Notes under the pieces: generated by a model | Database searches by the model: none | What the model was told of the DNA's origin: nothing | What the model saw: the letters and a program-made list of their open reading frames with translations, nothing else | Program-made: the position numbers and the translations under genes | Assembly (NCBI RefSeq): GCF_004102945.1 | Contig: NZ_CP019384.1 | Span: forward strand, 720,001 to 752,000 | DNA from: Candidatus Velamenicoccus archaeovorus | GTDB lineage: Bacteria; Omnitrophota; Gorgyraeia; Velamenicoccales; Velamenicoccaceae | Direction of reading: 5' to 3' | DNA length: 32,000 bases | Shown: piece by piece, positions 21,481 through 28,448 of the stretch | Position numbering within the stretch: the first letter of the stretch is position 1 | Layout: each line of letters starts with the position of its first letter

Positions 21481-22826
21481 TGATTTCTGCTTTATTAAAT
21501 TCTTTCAAGATACCGGAGCTCAAGAAACGGATCCTCATCGCTCTGGTGCTTTTGGCCGTTTACCGTGTCGGTTGTTATATTCCGACTCCGGGCATCAACG
21601 GTTCCGCCCTGGCGGAATTGTTCAGACGCATTACCTCTTCGGAGGGCGGAGCGCTCTTTGGCATTATGAACATGTTTTCCGGCGGCGCCATGAGCCGTAT
21701 GACGATCTTCGCTCTGGGGATCATGCCGTATATTTCCTGCTCGATCATCATGCAGCTCTTGACGGCTGTTGTTCCTGCCCTGGAGAAACTGGCCAAGGAA
21801 GGCAAGTCGGGTTATCAGAAGATCACGCAGTATACGCGTTACGGCACGGTCCTTTTGTCCATCATCCAGTCGTATTTCATCGCTATCTGGGTGGAAGGCC
21901 TGGGGCGTTCGGAAGGCCTACAGATCGTCATGATCCCCGGTTGGGGGTTTCGTATCTTGACGATCTTGACGCTGACGACCGGAACGATCTTTATCATGTG
22001 GCTGGGCGAACAAATCCAGGAGCGCGGGATCGGCAACGGCATATCGCTCATCATCACCGCAGGCATCATCTCTAGGATCCCATCGGCGGGCTATCAGTTG
22101 TGGGTTTTGTTTTCTCCTTATTCGCCCTCCAAGAGGACGTTGGAACCATATGTTTTTGTGATCATGTCGGTCCTTTTGATCGCCGTGATCCTGGCCGTCA
22201 CCATGGTCATCCAGGCGGTGAGAAAGATCCCCGTCCAGTACGCCAGGCGTGTTGTGGGCCGTAAAGTCTATGGCGGACAGAGCACGTATATCCCCCTCAA
22301 GATCGACCAGTCGGGGATCATCGCCATCATCTTTGCGCAGTCGATCATTTTGTTTCCTGCGACGATTTCATCGTTCATTCCCAACGCCGCCTTTCAAGCC
22401 TTTGCCAATAACCTGATCCGCGGCCACGCGTTATACACGATTGTTTACGCCCTTTTGATCGTTTTTTTCTGTTATTTCTACACCGCGATCGTTTTCAATC
22501 CGACGGACATCGCGGAGAACATGAAGAAATACGGCGGCTTTGTGCCAGGGATCAGGCCGGGACGGCCGACGTCGGAATATCTGGATTTTGTCATGACGCG
22601 CATCACGCTGCCGGGCGCTGTTTTCATGGCGTTTATTGCGATTTTCCCGGATATGCTCATGGCATGGCTGAAGATCCCGTACCTGGTGGCTTCCTTCTTC
22701 GGCGGTACGGGCTTGTTGATTATGGTCGGCGTCGTCCTGGATACGATCAAGCAGATCGAGTCGCACCTGTTAATGAGGAACTACGAAGGATTCTTGAAAT
22801 CGACCAAGTTGAGAGGACGCCGGTAG
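21480..22826 (+). CDS. secY: Preprotein translocase subunit SecY
   Basis: 448 aa with a 10-TM-like hydrophobic pattern, ...ALGIMPYISCSIIMQLL..., GEQIQERGIGNGISLII. TAATG overlap with rplO. Confidence 0.98.
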   Translation: MISALLNSFKIPELKKRILIALVLLAVYRVGCYIPTPGINGSALAELFRRITSSEGGALFGIMNMFSGGAMSRMTIFALGIMPYISCSIIMQLLTAVVPALEKLAKEGKSGYQKITQYTRYGTVLLSIIQSYFIAIWVEGLGRSEGLQIVMIPGWGFRILTILTLTTGTIFIMWLGEQIQERGIGNGISLIITAGIISRIPSAGYQLWVLFSPYSPSKRTLEPYVFVIMSVLLIAVILAVTMVIQAVRKIPVQYARRVVGRKVYGGQSTYIPLKIDQSGIIAIIFAQSIILFPATISSFIPNAAFQAFANNLIRGHALYTIVYALLIVFFCYFYTAIVFNPTDIAENMKKYGGFVPGIRPGRPTSEYLDFVMTRITLPGAVFMAFIAIFPDMLMAWLKIPYLVASFFGGTGLLIMVGVVLDTIKQIESHLLMRNYEGFLKSTKLRGRR

Positions 22827-22953
22827 TGCGCTGAAAGCGCACTGGAGCAATCGAAAATAGAAAATGGAAAATAGAAAAGAAAGAATAATTTCGATTGTGG
22901 TCTATTTTCGATCCTCTGTTTTCATAAACAGATAGTTTATCGTTGGTGATTTT

Positions 22954-23595
22954 ATGAAATTAATTTTGTTCGGACCTCCTGGCGCCGGCAAGGGGACACA
23001 GGCGAAGATGATGATCGAAGCCTTTCGCCTGCCGCATATCTCGACGGGGGATATCCTGCGCAGCGAGGTGAAAAATAATACCGAACTAGGCAGGGAAGCC
23101 AAGACATATATGGAGGCCGGCAAGCTCGTTCCGGATTCTTTGGTGACGGAGATGGTCAAGAAGAGACTGTCGGCACCTGACATCGCCAAGGGGTTCATTC
23201 TGGACGGCTTTCCCAGGACGGAAGCCCAGGCGAAGTCCCTGGACAAGATACTTCCGGGCGGGGTCGATAAGGCGATCTATCTTAAGACTTCGGAAGATAT
23301 TGTGGTACAGCGCCTGACGGGAAGGCGCGTCTGTCCGAAATGCGGCACGAATTATCATCTGAGAAACATGCCGCCCAAAAAAGACATGCTTTGCGATCAG
23401 TGTCTGGTAGAGCTGTATCAGCGTCCGGACGACAACGAAGCGACCGTCAAAAACAGATTGCACGTTTATCTGCAGGAATCCGAAGGCGTTCTGAGCTATT
23501 ACCGTAAGCAGGGCAAGCTCGAAAACATTTCCGGAGACCTGGATTCCAAAGATGTTTTTTCGGACATCAAGAAGATCATCAGTTCTTTAAAATGA
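22954..23595 (+). CDS. adk: Adenylate kinase (Cys4 zinc-lid form)
   Basis: 213 aa with the P-loop GPPGAGKGTQ, GDILR, and lid CPKCG...CDQC. Confidence 0.98.
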   Translation: MKLILFGPPGAGKGTQAKMMIEAFRLPHISTGDILRSEVKNNTELGREAKTYMEAGKLVPDSLVTEMVKKRLSAPDIAKGFILDGFPRTEAQAKSLDKILPGGVDKAIYLKTSEDIVVQRLTGRRVCPKCGTNYHLRNMPPKKDMLCDQCLVELYQRPDDNEATVKNRLHVYLQESEGVLSYYRKQGKLENISGDLDSKDVFSDIKKIISSLK

Positions 23596-24335
23596 TCCCT
23601 ATCAAAGCTTGTCAGGAAATTGACAAGATGCAAGGGGGCGGGCAGATATTGGCGAAGATCATGGCGGAATTGGCTGCCATGGTTTCAGCCGGCGTGACGA
23701 CCAAAGAGCTCGACGAAAAAGCGGGAGACCTGATTCGTTCTTTTGGTGCGGCGTCTGCGTTTAAGGGGTATCACGGCTATCCGGCGGATGCCTGTATATC
23801 GGTCAACGAGGAGGTCGTGCACGGCATTCCCGGTCGGCGGCGCCTGAAGGAAGGCGATATTGTCAGCATCGACATCGGAATCAAACATGACGGGTTCTTC
23901 CTGGACATGGCCCAGACGTTTCCTGTCGGCCGGATCGATACGATGCGGCGCCGCTTGATCGAAACGGCCAAAGGGGCGCTGGAAGAGGCCATTAAAGTTT
24001 TCAAGCACGGCAATCGTTTGGTGGATATTTCCCGTGTTGTTCAGGTTCATGTCGAAACACGAGGGTTTTCAGTAGTCCGGGATTTTGTGGGACATGGTAT
24101 CGGACGTGCATTGCATGAAGAGCCGCAGATCCCTAATTACGTGACCAAGGGGGAGAGCCCCCTGCTTGAAACCGGGATGGTTTTCGCCATTGAGCCGATG
24201 ATCAATGCCGGAAGCTGGGAAGTTAAGGTCCTGGATGACGGATGGACTGCCGTTACAAAGGACAAACAGCCTTCGGCTCATTTTGAGCATACAGTGGCAT
24301 TGACGGATAAAGGTCCTGTGGTTTTAACCCAATAA
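23592..24335 (+). CDS. map: Methionine aminopeptidase, type I
   Basis: 247 aa. Metal ligands are in context (VSIDIG, GHGIG, FAIEPM, FEHTV). ATGA overlap with adk. Confidence 0.97.
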   Translation: MIPIKACQEIDKMQGGGQILAKIMAELAAMVSAGVTTKELDEKAGDLIRSFGAASAFKGYHGYPADACISVNEEVVHGIPGRRRLKEGDIVSIDIGIKHDGFFLDMAQTFPVGRIDTMRRRLIETAKGALEEAIKVFKHGNRLVDISRVVQVHVETRGFSVVRDFVGHGIGRALHEEPQIPNYVTKGESPLLETGMVFAIEPMINAGSWEVKVLDDGWTAVTKDKQPSAHFEHTVALTDKGPVVLTQ

Positions 24336-24366
24336 GCATCAAATTTAGGGGTTCAACCAACGGTCT

Positions 24367-24585
24367 ATGGCTAAAGAAGAAGCGATTGAGGTTGAGGGAG
24401 TCATTACTGAATCTTTGCCCAATGCGATGTTCCGAGTCGAGCTGGAGAATGGGCATAAGATCTTGGCCCATGTTTCTGGAAAGATCCGCATGAACTTCAT
24501 TAGGATTCTTCCAGGAGACAAAGTAAGGGTGGAGTTGTCTCCTTACGATTTGTCGCGCGGCCGAATCACTTTTAGAAATAAATAA
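24367..24585 (+). CDS. infA: Translation initiation factor IF-1
   Basis: 72 aa, [68 protein letters not shown]. Confidence 0.98.
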   Translation: MAKEEAIEVEGVITESLPNAMFRVELENGHKILAHVSGKIRMNFIRILPGDKVRVELSPYDLSRGRITFRNK

Positions 24586-24597
24586 TATAAAGCCTAA

Positions 24598-24617
24598 TTT
24601 TTCCGCCGCCGGAAAAA
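24598..24617 (+). other. Small hairpin in the infA-rpmJ spacer
   Basis: TTTTTCCG (24598-24605), loop CCGC, CGGAAAAA (24610-24617). This is an 8-bp stem. No 3' U-tract, so it is not called a terminator. Confidence 0.4.
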
Positions 24618-24647
24618 GATCGGAAGGGGCGGCATGAGGAGAAGAAA

Positions 24648-24761
24648 GTGAAAGTAAAATCTTCAATCAGAAGGATTTGCAATAACTGTAAGATCATCAA
24701 GCGCCAGGGGATCCTGCGGGTGATTTGCAGTAATCCCAAGCATAAGCAGAAGCAGGGGTAG
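24648..24761 (+). CDS. rpmJ: 50S ribosomal protein L36
   Basis: Not in the ORF track because it is too short. GTG start after SD GAGGAGAAG. Translation [37 protein letters not shown] (37 aa) is canonical L36 with CxxC...C....H, in the canonical infA-rpmJ-rpsM position. Confidence 0.93.
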   Translation: MKVKSSIRRICNNCKIIKRQGILRVICSNPKHKQKQG

Positions 24762-24811
24762 AGAACTAGAGAATTTTTTTAATCTCTTTATGTATTAACC
24801 CCACAAGGGGG

Positions 24812-24910
24812 TAGACCTTCGCATGCCGCAGAAAGCGGCATACTGGCTTATCCAATGGAGCCAGGTAATACCGAATAAGCGGAGGGTCTAATTCCGCCAG
24901 TGGCGGAATT
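24812..24910 (+). promoter_or_regulatory. Multi-stem structured leader upstream of rpsM (function unknown)
   Basis: Closing stem 24812-24822 with 24879-24890 (TAGACC/GGTCTA plus extension). It encloses hairpins ATGCCGC/GCGGCAT (24823-24841) and CTGGC/GCCAG (24843-24864). A 9-bp hairpin AATTCCGCC/GGCGGAATT (24890-24910) follows and abuts the SD AAGGAG. Confidence 0.45.
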
Positions 24911-24921
24911 AAGGAGTAAAA

Positions 24922-25332
24922 ATGCCAAGAATTTTAGGTGTCGACCTTCCGAAGGAAAAAAGAATAGACGTGTCGTTGAGATATCTCTATGGAATTGGAG
25001 AATCTAATTCTCGCGATATTCTCAAAGAAGCCGGGATAGATCCCGCCAAAAGAGGCAAGGACCTGAGCGAGGAAGAGGTTTCTCATATCACGGCGGTCCT
25101 TCAGAAGAGCTATCGCGTGGAAGGCGATCTGCGTAGGGAGATATCGCAGAACATCAAGCGCTTGATGGACATAGGTTCTTACAGGGGCATGAGGCATAAA
25201 AAATCCCTGCCTGTCCGCGGTCAGAGGACAAAAACAAACGCCAGGACGAGGAAGGGGCCGCGCAAGAACGTCGGTATCATCAGGGTGGCCGAGGCTCCTG
25301 CGAAGAAGCCGGCGCCTGCGGCAGGGAAATGA
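24922..25332 (+). CDS. rpsM: 30S ribosomal protein S13
   Basis: 136 aa, [26 protein letters not shown]...[23 protein letters not shown]. It has an Ala/Pro/Lys tail. Confidence 0.98.
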   Translation: MPRILGVDLPKEKRIDVSLRYLYGIGESNSRDILKEAGIDPAKRGKDLSEEEVSHITAVLQKSYRVEGDLRREISQNIKRLMDIGSYRGMRHKKSLPVRGQRTKTNARTRKGPRKNVGIIRVAEAPAKKPAPAAGK

Positions 25333-25344
25333 AGAATAGATATT

Positions 25345-25465
25345 ACTCCTTGCTTAACCGCTTGTAAATTTCCGCCAGGGCAGGCCGGCGGAAATTTACG
25401 GCGCAAGCTGCGGAGTTGATTTTGCAAGGAAAGCACCTAAATATAGGCAAAATCAAGGAGTATCA
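25345..25465 (+). repeat. Intergenic cassette copy B, rpsM-rpsK spacer
   Basis: Same block order as copies A and C. It has a 13-bp stem GTAAATTTCCGCC (25364-25376) / GGCGGAAATTTAC (25387-25399) and ends with AATCAAGGAGTATCA before the rpsK ATG. Confidence 0.7.
25416..25443 (+). promoter_or_regulatory. Candidate sigma70-like promoter inside cassette B (TTGATT-16 nt-TAAATA)
   Basis: Hexamers read directly at 25416-25421 and 25438-25443. It is positionally equivalent to the candidate in copy A. Confidence 0.3.
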
Positions 25466-25852
25466 ATGGTACAGAGAGGAAAGAAAAAAGGCAAGAAGGT
25501 TTTGACATCAACGGCTGGTGTCGTCCACATTCAGGCGAGCTTTAATAATACGATCGTTACGATCGCCGACCGTCAGGGCAACGTTATTTCTTGGTCAACG
25601 CCGGGTGTCGTCGGTTTTAAGGGATCGAAAAAATCAACGCCTTTTGCCGCGCAGGTGGCGGCCGGAGACGCGGCAAAAAAGGCCAAGGATGCCGGTCTTG
25701 TCGAAGTCGACGTATATGTCAACGGACCCGGCTCCGGGCGAGAATCCGCCATCAGGGCGATTGCGGCCGCGGGTCTGATGGTCAGGATGATTAAAGATGT
25801 GACGCCTGTTCCGCATAATGGCTGTCGGGCGCCCAAGAGACGCAGAGTTTAA
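25466..25852 (+). CDS. rpsK: 30S ribosomal protein S11
   Basis: 128 aa, ...[20 protein letters not shown]...[13 protein letters not shown]...DVTP.PHNGCR.PKRRRV. Confidence 0.98.
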   Translation: MVQRGKKKGKKVLTSTAGVVHIQASFNNTIVTIADRQGNVISWSTPGVVGFKGSKKSTPFAAQVAAGDAAKKAKDAGLVEVDVYVNGPGSGRESAIRAIAAAGLMVRMIKDVTPVPHNGCRAPKRRRV

Positions 25853-25939
25853 AGACGATGAAAGACCTCTCGCCGCGCCAAGGGAATAAGGGTGGCGGCT
25901 TGGGGTGATCTTCAGAAAGACAGAAACGAGGGAAAATCA

Positions 25940-26569
25940 ATGGCAAAATATACGGGTCCAAGCTGTCGCCTCTGCCGTAGGGAAATGATGAAGTTATTCC
26001 TGAAGGGTACGCGCTGTTATACGGAAAAATGCGCTGTAGCGCGCCGGGCATTCCCTCCTGGACAACATGGGCAGGGACGGAGTGCCAAGCTTTCCAATTA
26101 CGGCTTGCAGCTTAGGGAAAAGCAAAAAGTCAAAAGGATCTATGGGGTCATGGAGCGGCAATTCCGCAGATATTTCGGGATAGCCTCTAAGTCCAAAGGG
26201 GTTACGGGCAAGGTTCTTTTGCAGCTTTTGGAAAGACGCTTGGACAATGTGTTGTTCCGTCTGATGTTTGCGACATCTCATACCCAGGCCCGTCAGATTG
26301 TCCGTCATGGTTCGGTCTATGTGAACGGCAAGAGGGTCAATATTCCGTCTTTTTCCGTACGCGCCGGAGACGTTGTCGAGATCAAAGGAAAAGAAGGCGT
26401 CAAGAAGACCGTGAGGACCAATATGGAACTTTCCAAGGACAGGGGCGTCGCTCCCTGGCTTCAGCTGGATGCCGATGTCCTGAAAGGCACAGTTACGCGT
26501 CTGCCTGACCGGGATGATATCCAGATGCCTATTCAGGAACAGTTGATTGTCGAGTTGTATTCCAAGTAG
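25940..26569 (+). CDS. rpsD: 30S ribosomal protein S4 (Cys4 N-terminal form)
   Basis: The track ORF 25892-26569 is trimmed to ATG 25940 (MAKYTGPSCRLCRREMMKLFLKGTRCYTEKC...), the canonical S4 N-terminus, with SD GAGGGAAAA upstream. An S4 RNA-binding domain follows. Confidence 0.96.
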   Translation: MAKYTGPSCRLCRREMMKLFLKGTRCYTEKCAVARRAFPPGQHGQGRSAKLSNYGLQLREKQKVKRIYGVMERQFRRYFGIASKSKGVTGKVLLQLLERRLDNVLFRLMFATSHTQARQIVRHGSVYVNGKRVNIPSFSVRAGDVVEIKGKEGVKKTVRTNMELSKDRGVAPWLQLDADVLKGTVTRLPDRDDIQMPIQEQLIVELYSK

Positions 26570-26608
26570 AAGATTTCTTCGAAGATAAAGATGCCTGTCT
26601 GTAGTTGC

Positions 26609-26706
26609 GGCGGGTCTAGCTCAGAAAAGAGCAGACCGCCATATCCGATAATGGCGGGTCTAGCTCAGAAAAGAGCAGACCGCCATATCCGATAATGGCG
26701 GGTCTA
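26609..26706 (+). repeat. Perfect 44-bp tandem repeat (2 full copies plus a 10-nt third start), each unit a 12-bp bulged hairpin
   Basis: Units 26609-26652 and 26653-26696 are identical (GGCGGGTCTAGCTCAGAAAAGAGCAGACCGCCATATCCGATAAT). The third copy, GGCGGGTCTA, lies at 26697-26706. Hairpins span 26609-26640 and 26653-26684. Confidence 0.9.
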
Positions 26707-26732
26707 AGCACGGTGGGAATGGAGGAGACAAG

Positions 26733-27725
26733 ATGGGGATTAAGTGGAAAGATTTTCAGTTACCCAAGTTTTTAGAAATAGATGAGGCGACGCATACGGG
26801 GACCTATGCCAGATTTATCGCTGAGCCTTTTGAGCGCGGTTTCGGCGTGACGCTGGGTAACTCCTTGAGGCGCGTCTTGTTGTCTTCCATCGAGGGCAGC
26901 GCCGTGACGGCCGTCAAGATCGAAAATGTCCTTCATGAATTCAGCGCTATTGAAGGCGTGCAGGAAGACGTGACGGATATCATCCTCAATATCAAGAATC
27001 TGATCTTGAGTTCGCATTCCCGGGCTCCCAAATCCGTCTATATCAAGAAAGACAAGGCCGGAGAGGTGACAGGGCGTGATATCATTACAGACGGGACCGT
27101 TGAGGTCTTGAATCCGGACCTTCATATCGCCACCTTGACCAAGGACATTAAATTCAATGTTGAGATCGAAGTGGGCCGGGGCCGGGGATATGTGGCTGCC
27201 GAGGTCAACAAGAAAGAAGAACAGGCGATCGGAGCCATTCCGGTGGATTCGGCTTTTTCACCCGTCAAAAAAGTGGCTTATCACGTCGAAAATACCCGCG
27301 TCGGCCAAAAGACGGATTACGATCGTCTCGTCATCGAGGTATTCACCAACGGCAGCATCGATCCTAAGGATGCGATGCTATACGCCGCCAATATCCTGCG
27401 CGGTCATTTGGATGTTTTCCTTAATCTGGGGCAGATCCCCGAAGAGATGGAAGAGGAAGAAGCCATGACGCCCGAGGAGGCCCAGCTTTATGAAAAGCTG
27501 CGTCTGCCGATTTCCGAGCTTGAATTGTCCGTCCGCAGTTCCAACTGCTTGCGCGAGGCCGACATCAAGATCATCGCTGATTTGGTCAGGAAGTCGGAGA
27601 GTGAACTTCTGGGGTTAAGGAATTTCGGAAAGAAGTCCTTGACGGAGGTCAAAGAGCTTATTGTGGCGATGGGTCTGAATCTCGGGATGCAGATCGACGA
27701 AAATAAATTGAAGAAAGAGAAGTAA
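26733..27725 (+). CDS. rpoA: DNA-directed RNA polymerase subunit alpha
   Basis: 330 aa, ...ARFIAEPFERGFGVTLGNSLRRVLLSSIEG.AVT..KI..V.HEF. The C-terminal domain has LELSVRSSNCLREADI. Confidence 0.98.
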   Translation: MGIKWKDFQLPKFLEIDEATHTGTYARFIAEPFERGFGVTLGNSLRRVLLSSIEGSAVTAVKIENVLHEFSAIEGVQEDVTDIILNIKNLILSSHSRAPKSVYIKKDKAGEVTGRDIITDGTVEVLNPDLHIATLTKDIKFNVEIEVGRGRGYVAAEVNKKEEQAIGAIPVDSAFSPVKKVAYHVENTRVGQKTDYDRLVIEVFTNGSIDPKDAMLYAANILRGHLDVFLNLGQIPEEMEEEEAMTPEEAQLYEKLRLPISELELSVRSSNCLREADIKIIADLVRKSESELLGLRNFGKKSLTEVKELIVAMGLNLGMQIDENKLKKEK

Positions 27726-27788
27726 AAACGATTGCACGGATGACAAATAAGATTACACGGATCAAATCAGTGTGATCGGAGAAAATCG

Positions 27789-28349
27789 ATGAGACACAGA
27801 ATCAAGACACAGAATCTCTCTCGCTTCAGTTCTTACTACAAGGCCACGTTGAACTCTTTGGCCCAGGCTGTTGTGAAGAACCAGAGAATCATTACGACCA
27901 AACTGAAGGCTAAGCTTGCCAAGAAGCTCGTTGATCGTCTCGTCACCTGGGGCAAGCAAGCAGATTCGCTTGCCGCGCGACGGAGGGCTTTTCGCGTCCT
28001 CTGTGATCATGCATTGGTGCAGAGGCTGTTTTCCGACATCGCTCCGATGTTCCGCGAGAGGAACGGCGGTTATACGCGCATCATTCCTTATAAAAGGCGC
28101 CGGGGAGACAATGCCGAAATCGTCATTCTGGAATTGACGATGATTAAAGAAAAACAGAAGACGCTCAAGCACAAGACGGTCCCGGCGACGGCTGAGAAGC
28201 CTAAGGCAGAGAAACCCCTCGAGACGCAGGCCCATGTTGAGCCGGCTCCTCCTGAAAAAGAAAAGCACAAGCACGAGGCAAAAAAGCCGTTGAAAAAACC
28301 GTTGGGCGGCTTGGGCAAAATTTTTAAGTCAGAGCGGGATTCTTTATAA
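27789..28349 (+). CDS. rplQ: 50S ribosomal protein L17 with a ~70-aa Lys/Pro/Glu-rich C-terminal extension
   Basis: 186 aa, MRHRIKTQNLSRFSSYYKATL... and GGYTRIIPYKRRRGDNAEIVILEL form the L17 core. The tail runs from about aa 118. Confidence 0.96.
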   Translation: MRHRIKTQNLSRFSSYYKATLNSLAQAVVKNQRIITTKLKAKLAKKLVDRLVTWGKQADSLAARRRAFRVLCDHALVQRLFSDIAPMFRERNGGYTRIIPYKRRRGDNAEIVILELTMIKEKQKTLKHKTVPATAEKPKAEKPLETQAHVEPAPPEKEKHKHEAKKPLKKPLGGLGKIFKSERDSL

Positions 28350-28446
28350 GTATCAAAGTATCGGAGTGTCAGAGTGTCAGAGAAATAAGACCAAAAGTTC
28401 TTTGTTTTTGTACTTTGACGCATTGATGCCTTGACACGTTGACACT
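28350..28446. repeat. Dyad of two 4 x 8-nt periodic arrays (GTRTCRRA x4 / TTGAYRCN x4)
   Basis: Left array 28350-28381: GTATCAAA GTATCGGA GTGTCAGA GTGTCAGA. Right array 28415-28446: TTGACGCA TTGATGCC TTGACACG TTGACACT. The cores are mutual reverse complements (GTGTCA / TGACAC). Confidence 0.8.
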
Positions 28447-28448
28447 AA

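Noticed and set aside
22825-22843. Rho-independent terminator after secY, and similarly the hairpins at 24598-24617 and 29615-29658.
   Set aside because: The stems are present but none is followed by a U-tract, so an intrinsic-terminator call is not justified from sequence.
22864-22935. 23-codon ORF (MENRKERIISIVVYFRSSVFINR) in the secY-adk spacer.
   Set aside because: There is no SD upstream, it lies in low-complexity sequence, and conservation cannot be assessed here. It is not supportable as a gene, though a leader peptide cannot be formally excluded.
24823-24891. 22-codon ORF (MPQKAAYWLIQWSQVIPNKRRV) inside the rpsM leader.
   Set aside because: There is no SD, and its ATG is buried in the ATGCCGC/GCGGCAT stem. 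The region is better explained as structured RNA.
26609-26706. Possible CRISPR array or tRNA gene at the 44-bp repeats.
   Set aside because: The whole 44-nt unit, including the would-be spacer, is identical between copies, so there are no unique spacers. There are only about 2.2 copies and no cas genes. The hairpin has a D-arm-like sequence but no anticodon arm, T arm or CCA context, so it is not a tRNA gene.
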